From a bacterium (GTDB taxonomy: Bacteria > Bacillota > Clostridia > Christensenellales > CAG-138): a stretch of 64,000 nucleotides of DNA. A model generated the notes under the pieces. The model was not told where the DNA came from and did not search any database. It saw only the letters and a program-made list of their open reading frames with translations. How positions within the stretch are numbered: the stretch's first letter is position 1; each line of letters opens with the position of its first letter. The stretch lies in NCBI GenBank assembly GCA_963643205.1, contig CAVIJJ010000001.1, positions 6,651 through 70,650 on the forward strand, read 5' to 3'. Of this stretch, positions 47,800 through 58,308 are shown piece after piece. The translations under genes and the position numbers were made by a program.

Positions 47800-48627
47800 G
47801 TGTATATGAATTCTGGTATCAAACTTGCATTTTTCACAAATCCGGAACGGGAAACCGCAGTAAATGGCCTTCAAGATGCCGTAAGAATGGCAAAGCGCTT
47901 GGGGTGTAAATGCTATATAGACAAAGATTTGGAAAATTCCGGCCTTGAAGGTGTTGAAAGGCTGGAGGATAATAGACCCGACTTCGTTCTCGCGTTCGGC
48001 GGGGATGGAACAATACTCCGCGCGGCCGGTGAGGCCAGGCAGTATTCGGCTCCAATACTTGGCGTAAACTTCGGGCGAATAGGCTTTTTGAGCGAAATCG
48101 ATCCGCATGGATTTGAAAAAGGACTGAATCGACTGATCGCGGGTGAATACACATTAGATCGTCGAACCATGCTTACCTGCACCGTTAACGGCGGCGATCC
48201 GCATTATTTCCTTAATGATTTGCTGCTTTATAAGCGAACGTTTTCGGGTGTTGCGGAAATATCGATTGATGTTGACGGGCTCAGTGCCGGCTCTGTTATA
48301 TGCGATGGTGTTATAGCAAGCACTTCAACCGGCGCTACGGGCTATTCAATTTCCGCCGGCGGTCCGGTGATTGCTCCCGGGCTTGACGCACTTATAATAA
48401 CTCCAATTTGTCCGCATACGCTTACGTCCCGCCCGATAGTGGCTCCGGCAGGCGTAAAGGCAAGCTTTTCGATGAAAACGGAAGGATGCCTTTCTGTGGA
48501 CGGTATTTATACATCAGATATCAGCACCGTTGATACCATAACGGTATCGGACGAAAAAATCGCTGTCGATTTTGTCCGCTTTGGCAGGCAGAATATATAT
48601 GAACTGATAAGACAAAGGCTTTCATAG
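47800..48627 (+). CDS. nadK: NAD kinase
   Basis: AFGGDGTILRAA, GVNFGRIGFL, STGATGYSISAGGP. Confidence 0.9.
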   Translation: MYMNSGIKLAFFTNPERETAVNGLQDAVRMAKRLGCKCYIDKDLENSGLEGVERLEDNRPDFVLAFGGDGTILRAAGEARQYSAPILGVNFGRIGFLSEIDPHGFEKGLNRLIAGEYTLDRRTMLTCTVNGGDPHYFLNDLLLYKRTFSGVAEISIDVDGLSAGSVICDGVIASTSTGATGYSISAGGPVIAPGLDALIITPICPHTLTSRPIVAPAGVKASFSMKTEGCLSVDGIYTSDISTVDTITVSDEKIAVDFVRFGRQNIYELIRQRLS

Positions 48628-48695
48628 CTCTTAACCGGTCGGACCATAGATCCGGGCTGCGTATGGGGAGCATAAAACGCTTGGAGGGTATAAGA

Positions 48696-49148
48696 ATGAA
48701 ATCTGAGAGGCATGCGTTAATACTCAACCTGATTGAAAAGGAGAATGTGGAAACGCAGGAAGAGCTTGCTGTATTGCTGAAAAAGAGAGGAGTATCGGTT
48801 ACTCAGGCTACAGTGTCAAGAGACATTAAGGAGCTGAGGCTTATAAAGGTACTTTGCGAAAACGGCGGCTATAAATACGCTACCGTGGACAAGGCCGAGG
48901 CCGGAATGAAGGAGCGGTTTGTCAGAATATTCTCCGATTCGGTTATAAACATAACCTCCTCAGGAAATATCGTTATTCTTAAAACTCTGTCCGGGTCTGC
49001 AAATGCGGCGGCGGAGGCTGTGGATTCCATGCACTGGGATGACATAGCCGGTACCATGGCAGGCGATAACACGATTTTTATCGTGGCCAGGAACGAAAAG
49101 GTTGTGCCGGAGATTGTTGAAAGGCTCGGCTTGATGATAAGAAAATAA
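48696..49148 (+). CDS. argR: Arginine repressor
   Basis: RHALILNLIEKENVETQEELAVLLKKRGVSVTQATVSRDIKEL, and C-terminal GTMAGDNTIFIV. RBS GGAGGG before the ATG at 48696. Confidence 0.9.
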   Translation: MKSERHALILNLIEKENVETQEELAVLLKKRGVSVTQATVSRDIKELRLIKVLCENGGYKYATVDKAEAGMKERFVRIFSDSVINITSSGNIVILKTLSGSANAAAEAVDSMHWDDIAGTMAGDNTIFIVARNEKVVPEIVERLGLMIRK

Positions 49149-49161
49149 GGTAAAGGGCAAA

Positions 49162-50862
49162 ATGCTTCAGAGTTTGTACTTGGAAAATATTGCGCTCATT
49201 GAGAAGCTGGGGATTGAGCTTTTCCCCGGCTTCAATGTTTTGACGGGAGAAACGGGCGCAGGTAAATCGATAATAATCGATGCCGTTAACTTTGTGCTTG
49301 GCGAGCGTACAAGCCGCGATCTTATAAGAAACGGAGCCACAAAGGCAAAGGTCGATGCCGTGTTCAGCCTGAATGAAGGCGACCGAGTTTACGAAGCGCT
49401 CGACAAACTTGGCATTGAGGCCGAAAATGAAATAATCCTTTCCCGAGAGCTTTCTGCTTCGGGGCGCAATTTGTGCCGTATAAACGGTACGCTTGTGCCT
49501 GTTGCCATGCTAAAAAGCGTATCCGACACACTTGTTGATATTCATGGCCAGCATGAGCACCAGGCTTTGCTTGATCCGGAAAACCATATCGGTTACCTGG
49601 ATGCATTCTGCCACATGGATTCATTTCCGTTGATTGAAAAAATAGACGCTCTTGTTTCTGAATACGGTGCGCTTACGCTAAAGCGCAATTCCGGCTTTTC
49701 ATCGGAAAGCGAGCGTGAACGCGAAATGGATATGCTGCGCTATCAGATAGACGAAATTTCGTCCGCCGGGCTTGAAGCAGATGAAGAGGAAAAGCTTAAC
49801 GCTGAAAAGAACGTTTTGCTGAATGCGGAGCGTATACGTACAGCCCTTGAGTCCGCGCATGCGGCGCTGAGCGGCGGGGAAGACGGCAGTGCCTTAAGCC
49901 TTATAAATGAAGCAAGGCGCAGTCTTAAGGATATAGCGGCACTGAACGGCGAATACGAAGAATTTGCCAACCGCCTGGAAGAACTTTACTATACAGCAGA
50001 GGATATAAGCTTCTCAATTCGCGATTCAAGCGAAAATGTGGATATGAATATGCAGCGGCTTGAGGAGATTGAGCAGCGGCTTAAACTTATATCCGACCTT
50101 AAACGAAAATACGGCCGCTCGGCCGAAGAAGTAATAAACTTTGGCATAGAGGCTCAGAATAGGCTTAATGAGCTTGAAAACGCCGAAGCTTTGGCGGCAG
50201 AGATGGATAAAAAGCTTAATAAGCTTAAAGAAGAATACAATGCCTGGGCAGATAAGCTTTCATCCGTAAGGAGAAACGCTTGCGAGAAGCTTAAACAAAG
50301 CGTACTTAACGAGCTTTGTGATCTTGGTATGAGCAAGGCTAAATTCGATGTTTCGCTTGCGGATCAATCAAGCGGAGAGCCCAGAAAAAACGGGCGCGAA
50401 ACGGCCGAATTTATGCTGAGCGCGAACCCGGGAGAACCGCTGAAGCCTCTTGAAAAGGTAGCTTCCGGCGGTGAGCTTAGCCGCATAATGCTTTGCTTCA
50501 AAACCATATTTGCCGATAACGACCGCATCCCAACGCTTATATTCGATGAAATCGATACGGGCATAAGCGGCCGTACTGCCGCGGTTGTCGGCGAAAAGAT
50601 GCTTGGCATAGCAAAAAAACATCAGGTTATATGCGTAACGCACCTGGCTCAGATAGCCGCCCTTGCGGATGCGCATTTGATGGTGCGTAAGTATGATAAC
50701 GGCGAGAATACGTTTGTTGAAACCCGCCAGCTGAATGAAGAAGAGAAAATATCTCGCATAGCAAATATGATGGATGGTGAAAGTGATTCCCCGTCCGCTG
50801 TTTTGCACGCGAAGGAGCTTATAGCAAGAGCCGAAAAGATAAAAGGCGGCAAGGTCGAATAA
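49162..50862 (+). CDS. recN: DNA repair protein RecN
   Basis: Walker A GETGAGKS, long coiled coil, signature SGGELSR, Walker B LIFDEIDTG. Confidence 0.95.
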   Translation: MLQSLYLENIALIEKLGIELFPGFNVLTGETGAGKSIIIDAVNFVLGERTSRDLIRNGATKAKVDAVFSLNEGDRVYEALDKLGIEAENEIILSRELSASGRNLCRINGTLVPVAMLKSVSDTLVDIHGQHEHQALLDPENHIGYLDAFCHMDSFPLIEKIDALVSEYGALTLKRNSGFSSESEREREMDMLRYQIDEISSAGLEADEEEKLNAEKNVLLNAERIRTALESAHAALSGGEDGSALSLINEARRSLKDIAALNGEYEEFANRLEELYYTAEDISFSIRDSSENVDMNMQRLEEIEQRLKLISDLKRKYGRSAEEVINFGIEAQNRLNELENAEALAAEMDKKLNKLKEEYNAWADKLSSVRRNACEKLKQSVLNELCDLGMSKAKFDVSLADQSSGEPRKNGRETAEFMLSANPGEPLKPLEKVASGGELSRIMLCFKTIFADNDRIPTLIFDEIDTGISGRTAAVVGEKMLGIAKKHQVICVTHLAQIAALADAHLMVRKYDNGENTFVETRQLNEEEKISRIANMMDGESDSPSAVLHAKELIARAEKIKGGKVE

Positions 50863-50971
50863 ACTTTGCCCCTGTGCTGTTTATCCCGGGCTTGCAGAGT
50901 TGTATAATGTATATCCGGCATGGCATAAGAATTGTATGCCTTAAAATCGGCAGGTTAGAGAGGTGTATAAA

Positions 50972-52135
50972 GTGAAAAAGAGAGCAACTATAGTGGTACT
51001 TGACAGCGTGGGCATAGGCTCATTGCCTGATGCGGCGCAGTTTGGCGACGAAGGCGCGCATACGCTCGGCCATATTTTCGAACATACACACATGAAAATA
51101 GACAATATGCTTGCACTCGGCCTTGGCAATATAGAGGGATCCAATCTTCCGGCTGTGCAGTCTCCCGCGGGATGCTACGGCAAAGGAATGGAAAAAACGA
51201 AAGCGAAGGATACAACAAGCGGTCATTGGGAAATGGCCGGTGTAATAATGGATCCTCCGTTCAGAACATATCCGAACGGGTTTCCAAAGCATATAATTGA
51301 TGAATTCGAGCGCAGAACAGGCCGCGGAACGCTTGGAAATATTGTAGCCTCCGGTACGGAGATTATCCAGGTGCTTGGCGATGAGCATGTTAAAACCGGT
51401 AAGCTTATAGTATACACTTCCGCAGACAGCGTTTTCCAGGTAGCCGCGCATGAGGATGTGGTACCTTTGGAAGAACTTTATAATTGCTGCCGTATTGCTC
51501 GCGAAATTCTTATTGGCGATGAGCTTGTGGGCAGGGTTATAGCGAGGCCGTTTATAGGCGGGAACGGAAAATATACCAGAACCGAAAACAGAAAGGATTA
51601 TGCCGTTCCTCCTATAAGCGAAACAATACTCGATTCGCTTACCGCGTCAGGACTTGTTACCGCCGGTGTGGGAAAAATAGAGGATATATTCTGCAAACGA
51701 GGCTTGAGCCTTATTAATCATACCAAGAACAATCACGACGGGATTGAGGCCACTATTGATTTCCTGAAGGACGGCAGGGCGGACTTTATATTCACTAATC
51801 TTGTGGATTTCGATATGCTTTACGGCCATAGGAACAATATACAGGGATACGCCGAGGCTTTGGAATACTTTGATAAGCGCTTGCCGGACATAATGGCGAA
51901 CATGCATGAAGAGGATCTTCTCATCATAACGGCTGACCACGGGTGTGACCCTGCATATCCCGGAACCGATCATACGCGGGAATATATTCCTATTGTGGTA
52001 TGGGGTCCGGGTATGAAACGCGGGGTTAATATAGGAATAAGAAACACATTTGCCGATTTGGGCAGCACGGTTGTTGATTACCTTACCGGCAAGCCTTTCA
52101 AAGTCGGCGAATCATTCCTTGATAAGGTAAAATAA
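50972..52135 (+). CDS. deoB: Phosphopentomutase
   Basis: RATIVVLDSVGIG..., ...TSGHWEMAG..., ...ITADHGCDP. GTG start at 50972 or 50963. Confidence 0.9.
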   Translation: MKKRATIVVLDSVGIGSLPDAAQFGDEGAHTLGHIFEHTHMKIDNMLALGLGNIEGSNLPAVQSPAGCYGKGMEKTKAKDTTSGHWEMAGVIMDPPFRTYPNGFPKHIIDEFERRTGRGTLGNIVASGTEIIQVLGDEHVKTGKLIVYTSADSVFQVAAHEDVVPLEELYNCCRIAREILIGDELVGRVIARPFIGGNGKYTRTENRKDYAVPPISETILDSLTASGLVTAGVGKIEDIFCKRGLSLINHTKNNHDGIEATIDFLKDGRADFIFTNLVDFDMLYGHRNNIQGYAEALEYFDKRLPDIMANMHEEDLLIITADHGCDPAYPGTDHTREYIPIVVWGPGMKRGVNIGIRNTFADLGSTVVDYLTGKPFKVGESFLDKVK

Positions 52136-52170
52136 GCGCCTAAAAGCTTGCTTTCTGTGGTCATGGCGGC

Positions 52171-52199
52171 TTGAAAAAGCAAAAACTGTATGATATAAT
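52171..52199 (+). promoter_or_regulatory. Sigma-A promoter of the pheST leader
   Basis: TTGAAA, 17 bp, then TATAAT with an extended -10 TG (TGATATAAT). Confidence 0.65.
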
Positions 52200-52205
52200 G
52201 CCGAA

Positions 52206-52464
52206 AGTATTTGGCAATGACGGAGCAAAGCGGCCTGCCGTTGCCTCAGAGAGGGCTGCATAAGCTGTGAGCAGCCTGCAAAGATTGGCCGCATAAAGTT
52301 CTCTCCCGAGCCGCGCCGGGGAATCCGCAAATGCAGTTTGCGGTGCGTAGTCGGCGCCGGGTAAGCCCGTTACAGCGATAAAGGCCTCGTGACAGCGGGG
52401 CGAATAAGGGTGGTACCACGAGCGCGCCTTCGTCCCTAAAGACGAGGCGCGTATTAGTTTTTTC
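52206..52464 (+). promoter_or_regulatory. T-box riboswitch leader (tRNA-Phe, candidate specifier UUC)
   Basis: K-turn-like base (GGCAAUGACGG / CCCGAGCC), AGAGAG, GCUGUGA, and UUC at 52299-52301 on the 3-prime side of Stem I. Also CCGUUA, the T-box sequence AAUAAGGGUGGUACCACGAG (52403-52422), and a terminator CGCGCCUUCGUC...GACGAGGCGCG plus U-run (52423-52464). Confidence 0.85.
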
Positions 52465-52481
52465 AGGAGGTTTTATCCAAA

Positions 52482-53504
52482 ATGAATGAGGCACTGGAAA
52501 AGATAAGGCAGGAAGCGCTTGCCCGCCTTCAGGAAGTGCGCGAAGAAAAGGAACTTGAGGAGCTTAATTCTTCCGTTCTCGGCAGAAGCGGCTCACTTAC
52601 CGGAATTCTCAGGAGCATGGGTCAGCTGGATAAAGAGCAGCGCGCCAAGCTTGGTCAGGCTTCCAACGCCGTTAAAAAGGAACTGGAGCAGGCCATAGCG
52701 GAGCGCAGGGCAAAGATAGCCCAGCTTATGCAGCAGAGGGCTTTTGAAAAGGAAACTTTGGACGTAACCGAGCCTGGCGTACGCCGTCAGCCGAGGGGCA
52801 GGCTTCATCCCATGACTCAGACATATCGCGAAATAAGAGACGCTCTTATTGGCATGGGCTTTACAACGTTCCAAGGCCCCGAAGTTGAGTATGACGACTT
52901 CAATTTTACAAAGCTTAACCTTCCGCAGGATCACCCCGCACGCGATATGCAGGATACGTTCTATATAAACGATAAAGTCGTGCTCAGAACGCATACCTCT
53001 CCCTGCGAGGCAAGGGCACTTATGACGTTGAAACCGCCGTTCAGGCTTGTCATACCCGGCCGCGTGTTCCGTGTTGACGAGGTGGACGCGAGCCACAGCC
53101 CTGTATTTATGCAGATGGAAGGCCTTGTTGTTGATAAAAACATAAGCTTTGCGGATCTTAAGGGCACGCTTGACGAGTTTGTGCATACCGTGTTCGGGCC
53201 TGAGGTCAAAACCCGTATGCGCCCGAGCTATTTCCCGTTTACCGAACCGTCCGCGGAGGTTGATATATCCTGCACTATATGCGGAGGCAAGGGCTGCCGC
53301 GTCTGCAAAGGAACAGGTTGGCTTGAAATACTCGGCTGCGGCGTTACCAACCCGCACGAGCTTGAAAATTGCGGACTTGATCCGCATGAGTGGAGCGCGT
53401 TCGCGTTCGGCATTGGCGTGGATAGAGTTACCAGCCTTAAATACGGCATAAACGATATCCGCCTTGAATACGAAAACGATGCCCGTTTCCTGGGGCAGTT
53501 CTAA
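52482..53504 (+). CDS. pheS: Phenylalanine--tRNA ligase alpha subunit
   Basis: Class II motifs (HPARDMQDTF, FRLVIPGRVFR, GCGVTNP..., AFGIGVDR). Confidence 0.95.
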   Translation: MNEALEKIRQEALARLQEVREEKELEELNSSVLGRSGSLTGILRSMGQLDKEQRAKLGQASNAVKKELEQAIAERRAKIAQLMQQRAFEKETLDVTEPGVRRQPRGRLHPMTQTYREIRDALIGMGFTTFQGPEVEYDDFNFTKLNLPQDHPARDMQDTFYINDKVVLRTHTSPCEARALMTLKPPFRLVIPGRVFRVDEVDASHSPVFMQMEGLVVDKNISFADLKGTLDEFVHTVFGPEVKTRMRPSYFPFTEPSAEVDISCTICGGKGCRVCKGTGWLEILGCGVTNPHELENCGLDPHEWSAFAFGIGVDRVTSLKYGINDIRLEYENDARFLGQF

Positions 53505-53518
53505 GGAGGCTGAATAAT

Positions 53519-55924
53519 ATGAAACTTCCGCTTAGTTGGTTGAAGGACTACGTTGAATGGAACGTAACCCCAGACGAATTTGTTGAAAAACTTATGTGGC
53601 GCGGCTTCGAGTGCGCGGGATACGCGGGCGAGATGGACGGCATTACCAATGTTGTCGTGGGCAAAATTGTTGCCCTTCGCAAGCATCAGGACTCCGACCA
53701 TCTTCAGATTTGCACAATAGATGTCGGCAGCGGTGAACCGCTCTGCATAGTTACCGGCGCGACTAATGTTTTTGAAGGCGCGCTGGTGCCCGTTGCGCTT
53801 GACGGCGCGCACCTTGCCGGCGACATAGTAATTAAACCCACCGTTATGCGCGGAGTAAAAAGCTACGGCATGCTTTGCTCCGGCCATGAGCTTGGCCTCA
53901 GCGAGGCGGACTATCCCGGCGCCGAGTTTAACGGAATAATGATTCTTCATGAGGAACATCCGCTGGGGCAGAGCATACAGGAGGCCGTCGGTCTTGACGA
54001 CATAGTGTTTGATATAGAGCTTACGCCTAACCGTGCCGATTGCCAGAGCATAATAGGCATGTGCCGTGAGGCCGCCGCGGCGCTCGGACAGAAGTTCAAG
54101 GAGCCTGTGATTCGCCATATAGAGGGTGAAGGGGACATTCATGATTATGCTTCCGTAACCGTTGAAAATACCGAGCTTTGCCCGCGCTATACCGCGCGTG
54201 TCGTAACGGACCTTAATATAGAGCCTTCTCCCGCCTGGATGCAGAAGCGCCTCCGCGCGGTAGGCATGCGCCCGATAAACAACATAGTCGATATAACCAA
54301 CTATGTTCTTGTCGAATACGGCCATCCCATGCATTCCTTTGACCTTGCGTGCGTTAAAGACGGTAATATTATCGTTCGTAACGCCTATGAAAACGAGGTT
54401 GTTACCACACTTGATGGTAAAGAGCGCCCCGTTACGCCTGATATGCTTCTGATTGCCGATCCCGAAAAAGGTGTCGGTATAGCCGGTGTTATGGGAGGAC
54501 TTAACAGCGAAATTACTTCCGATACAAAGGCAACCCTTTTTGAGGCCGCCGCGTTTAAGGGTAGCAGTATCCGCGCAACAACAAGAAAACTGCATCATGT
54601 TACCGATGCGGCTGCCCGCTTTATAAAGGGCGTTGAGCCGGTAAACGCTATGCTTGCTGAAGAAAGGGCAATAGAGCTTGTTGATGAGCTGCACGCCGGC
54701 AAGGTAATAGGCGGAACAATTGATATTTGTAATGCCGACATTACAGAGCATACCATATATACCGATATAGCTCATATAAACCGCATACTCAGCACCGATA
54801 TTTCCGGCGAGGCAATGGTCGAAATGCTTGCCACGATTAATATAAGCGCAAAGGTGACAGGCGATAAGCTCGAAGTGCTTATACCTCACTTCCGTACCGA
54901 TATAGAGGATGGTCTTGAGGCGGATTGGGATATAGCGGAGGAGATAGGCCGCCTTTATGGATACTATAACATAAAGCCCACTCTTATGTATGGCGATACA
55001 TTTGCCGGCAAGCTTGGCGAGGATTATAAGTTTGAGGACAAGGTAAAGGACGAAATGGCGGCGCAGGGCTGCTACGAAATGTATAACTATAACTTTACCG
55101 GTCCCGCCGCGCTTGATAACCTGCTGCTTGAGGGAAACAGCGAAAAGCGCCAGTGCGTAAAGATCCTCAACCCGTTCGGAGAGGATCAGAGCCTTATGCG
55201 TACCACGCTTATAATGGGCATGCTTGATTCATTAAAGCGTAATCAGGGCCGCAAAACCGGGCACGACAGGTTCTTTGAGGTTGGCAATGTTCACTTTGAC
55301 AATAACGACAGCCTGCCCGAAGAGAGAAAAATGCTGGGATTGCTGTTCAGCGGCGATCACGAGAGCTACTTTACCCTGAAGGGAGCCGTAGAGCAACTGC
55401 TTGAGCAGTTTGATCTGCTGGATAAAGCGGAGTTTGCCGCCGGCGGCAGCGAGTTCTATCAGCCCGGCAGAAAAGCTGTTTTGTCCGTTGAAAAGGAACA
55501 ACTCGGCGAGCTTGGTGCCGTGCATCCCAATGTGCTTAAAAACTGGGGTATAGATGGGCGAGTTTATTTCGCGGAAATAAATATGAATAAGCTTATCACT
55601 CATACCGGCATAAAGCGCACGTATAAGCCCATATCAAAGTTCCCCAAGGTGGCGAGAGACCTTGCCATAGTTGTGGACAATAGTGTTACCGCGGCCGAGG
55701 TCAGCCGCGTTATAGCGCAGACCAAGCTTAAAGTAATACTTGATGATATAGAACTTTTCGATGTGTATCGCGGTGTGGGCATACCGGAAGGCAAGAAGAG
55801 CATGGCGTATTCATTCACCCTCAGAAGTGAGGACCATACCCTTGTTGACGAAGAAATACAGGCGGCTGTGGGCAGCGTAATACGCGCCCTTGAAACACGC
55901 CTGAAGGCGCAGCTGCGTGGCTAA
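53519..55924 (+). CDS. pheT: Phenylalanine--tRNA ligase beta subunit
   Basis: MKLPLSWLKDYV N-terminus, tRNA-binding OB, B3/4, B5 and FDX-ACB domains in order. Confidence 0.95.
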   Translation: MKLPLSWLKDYVEWNVTPDEFVEKLMWRGFECAGYAGEMDGITNVVVGKIVALRKHQDSDHLQICTIDVGSGEPLCIVTGATNVFEGALVPVALDGAHLAGDIVIKPTVMRGVKSYGMLCSGHELGLSEADYPGAEFNGIMILHEEHPLGQSIQEAVGLDDIVFDIELTPNRADCQSIIGMCREAAAALGQKFKEPVIRHIEGEGDIHDYASVTVENTELCPRYTARVVTDLNIEPSPAWMQKRLRAVGMRPINNIVDITNYVLVEYGHPMHSFDLACVKDGNIIVRNAYENEVVTTLDGKERPVTPDMLLIADPEKGVGIAGVMGGLNSEITSDTKATLFEAAAFKGSSIRATTRKLHHVTDAAARFIKGVEPVNAMLAEERAIELVDELHAGKVIGGTIDICNADITEHTIYTDIAHINRILSTDISGEAMVEMLATINISAKVTGDKLEVLIPHFRTDIEDGLEADWDIAEEIGRLYGYYNIKPTLMYGDTFAGKLGEDYKFEDKVKDEMAAQGCYEMYNYNFTGPAALDNLLLEGNSEKRQCVKILNPFGEDQSLMRTTLIMGMLDSLKRNQGRKTGHDRFFEVGNVHFDNNDSLPEERKMLGLLFSGDHESYFTLKGAVEQLLEQFDLLDKAEFAAGGSEFYQPGRKAVLSVEKEQLGELGAVHPNVLKNWGIDGRVYFAEINMNKLITHTGIKRTYKPISKFPKVARDLAIVVDNSVTAAEVSRVIAQTKLKVILDDIELFDVYRGVGIPEGKKSMAYSFTLRSEDHTLVDEEIQAAVGSVIRALETRLKAQLRG

Positions 55925-55948
55925 AACAGAAAAATCATAGGCACATTA

Positions 55949-55987
55949 CGGGAGTTCGGAATTATTTCGAACTCCCGATTTTTGTTT
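55949..55987 (+). terminator. Intrinsic terminator of pheST
   Basis: 10-bp stem CGGGAGTTCG/CGAACTCCCG followed by ATTTTTGTTT. Confidence 0.8.
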
Positions 55988-56052
55988 GGACAACGCCTAC
56001 AAAATACGGCAAAAATATGGTATAATAATCCCGATAATATGGAAGAGGTAAA

Positions 56053-58284
56053 ATGATGGATTTATCGGTTTTAAACGACAGGCAGCGTGAAGCGGTTGAG
56101 TGTCTTGAAGGTCCGTTGCTTGTGCTTGCGGGCGCGGGCTCGGGAAAAACAAAGGTTTTAACATATCGTATTGCCAATTTGGTTGATCATGGCGTAAAGC
56201 CGTGGAACATACTGGCGCTTACGTTTACGAATAAAGCCGCGCAGGAGATGCGTGAACGCGCGTCCGTCCTTATAGGCGGCGAAGCGGACGAGGCGTGGGT
56301 AACCACGTTCCATTCGTGCTGCGTTAAAATACTCAGAATAGATTGCGATAAAATAGGCTACGAAAGGGGCTTCACCATATATGATGATGCCGACCAGATT
56401 AAAATTATATCCGATATTCTGAAAACTTTGGGTATAAGCGATAAAACCGCGCCCAAGCGCCTTATAAAAGAGAATATATCAAACGCAAAGAACAAATCTT
56501 TGGACGCGAAGAAATACATAGCCGAAAATTACAGCGACGACGGCATAACCGAAAAGGTATTCGAACGTTATCAGAATGTTCTTATGGCCGCAAACGCATT
56601 TGATTTTGACGATCTGCTTTCAAAGACGATAGAACTTTTTGAGCAGTGCCCCGAAGTGCTCGAAAAATATCAAAACAGGTTTAAGTATGTTTTGGTTGAT
56701 GAGTATCAGGATACCAATATGCCGCAGTACCGGCTTGTTGAAATGCTGTGCAGAAAGCATGGCAATCTCTGCGTTGTGGGCGACGATGATCAGAGCATAT
56801 ACGGTTGGCGCGGAGCCGATATAAAGAATATACTTAGCTTTGAAAAAGACTTTGAAGGTGCCAAAGTTGTGCGGCTTGAGCAAAATTATCGCTCAACCAA
56901 ATATATTCTTGATGCCGCGAATGCCGTAATAAGCCATAACTCCGGCAGAAAGCCGAAAACACTTTGGACGGCGCAGGATGGCGGCGACCCAATAGAGCGC
57001 TACAGCGCGGATAATGAAAGGGACGAGGCGGCCTTTATTGCGCGAAAAATACTTCAGGGTGTGCAGCAGGGCGCGAGCTATGGCGATTTTGCCATACTGT
57101 ATCGCACTAACGCTCAGAGCCGTGTAATTGAAAGCACCCTTGTAAACTATGGCATACCGCATAAGGTCTTTGGCGGTGTCAGGTTCTATCAGCGCAAGGA
57201 AATAGCGGATATAATGGCTTATCTGCGCGCGATAGCCAATCCTAATGACGATGTGGCGTTTTCGCGCATAATAAATGTTCCCCGCAGGGGAATAGGCGAT
57301 AAAACCATAGATGATCTTGCCACCGCGGCGAGGCAAAGCGGGCAGTCTATGCTTGTTACGGTGCTTAGCGGCGAAGGCTTGCCGCCTAAAACCGAACAGA
57401 AGCTGAAGAGCATAGCGGATCTGATGACCGAACTTATGACGCAAAGCATGCTGATGCCGCTTTCTGATTTCGCAAAGTACCTTGTTGAAAAAATTGAGTA
57501 TCAGGCCTATTTGCTTACGGAGGATAAAAAAGGCGACGCGCTTATGCGTATGGACAATATATCCGAGCTTATAGGCAATATGAAAGAGGTAGAGAAGGAC
57601 GTACCGGAAGGTGAGAGCGCGCTCAGAGCTTTTCTTGAAAATGTCGCCCTCGTAAGCGATATAGACTCCCTTGATGAAAGCGAAGGCACAGTTGCGCTTA
57701 TGACGTTGCATAGCGCCAAAGGCCTTGAATTTCCGGTCGTATTTATGGCGGGCATGGAGGAAAACGTATTTCCTACCCGCCGCGCCCGTGGCGATATGAG
57801 CAATCAGGGCCTTGAGGAGGAACGCAGGCTTTGCTACGTTGGCATAACGCGCGCAAAGCAAAAGCTTTATCTGGTAAATGCCCAAACCCGTTCCATATTC
57901 GGGGAAACAACCATAAATCGTCCCTCACGCTTTTTGGATGAGATTCCGCAGGAGCTTATGAAGGACGATAGGCCCAAGCGTGTGATACCCAGTGAGTATG
58001 AGCGCCCGGAAAAGCCGGAGGTAACATACGCGTCCATGAACGGATTCGGTATGAAACCGCCTAAGCGTACGGTATATACGCAGCGCACCGAGCCTACCAA
58101 AACCAAGCTTAATGTTGAATACGTGCCGCTTATGCGCATTAGGCACGATAAGTTTGGCGACGGAACGATAATAGACGTTTCGGGTACCGGCGGATCAATG
58201 ACAGTTACCGTTGACTTTGATATTGGTGGAAAGAAACGCTTTGCGGCTGCATACGCACCGCTTTATCCTATAACCGAAGAATAA
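56053..58284 (+). CDS. pcrA: ATP-dependent DNA helicase PcrA (UvrD family)
   Basis: LNDRQREAV, AGAGSGKT, VDEYQDTN, TLHSAKGLEF, YVGITRAK. Confidence 0.95.
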   Translation: MMDLSVLNDRQREAVECLEGPLLVLAGAGSGKTKVLTYRIANLVDHGVKPWNILALTFTNKAAQEMRERASVLIGGEADEAWVTTFHSCCVKILRIDCDKIGYERGFTIYDDADQIKIISDILKTLGISDKTAPKRLIKENISNAKNKSLDAKKYIAENYSDDGITEKVFERYQNVLMAANAFDFDDLLSKTIELFEQCPEVLEKYQNRFKYVLVDEYQDTNMPQYRLVEMLCRKHGNLCVVGDDDQSIYGWRGADIKNILSFEKDFEGAKVVRLEQNYRSTKYILDAANAVISHNSGRKPKTLWTAQDGGDPIERYSADNERDEAAFIARKILQGVQQGASYGDFAILYRTNAQSRVIESTLVNYGIPHKVFGGVRFYQRKEIADIMAYLRAIANPNDDVAFSRIINVPRRGIGDKTIDDLATAARQSGQSMLVTVLSGEGLPPKTEQKLKSIADLMTELMTQSMLMPLSDFAKYLVEKIEYQAYLLTEDKKGDALMRMDNISELIGNMKEVEKDVPEGESALRAFLENVALVSDIDSLDESEGTVALMTLHSAKGLEFPVVFMAGMEENVFPTRRARGDMSNQGLEEERRLCYVGITRAKQKLYLVNAQTRSIFGETTINRPSRFLDEIPQELMKDDRPKRVIPSEYERPEKPEVTYASMNGFGMKPPKRTVYTQRTEPTKTKLNVEYVPLMRIRHDKFGDGTIIDVSGTGGSMTVTVDFDIGGKKRFAAAYAPLYPITEE

Positions 58285-58308
58285 GTCTAAAGGGAGGAGC
58301 ACTACGCG

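Noticed and set aside
53501-54889. 462-aa minus-strand ORF opposite pheT. Similar long ORFs lie opposite pheS, pcrA, ligA, pyrG, the P-type ATPase and the lipoprotein gene at 32032.
   Set aside because: All are codon-aligned mirror frames of genes with unmistakable family signatures. Their translations are low-complexity (rich in Arg, Ala, Tyr, His), lack ribosome-binding sites and resemble no family I recognise.
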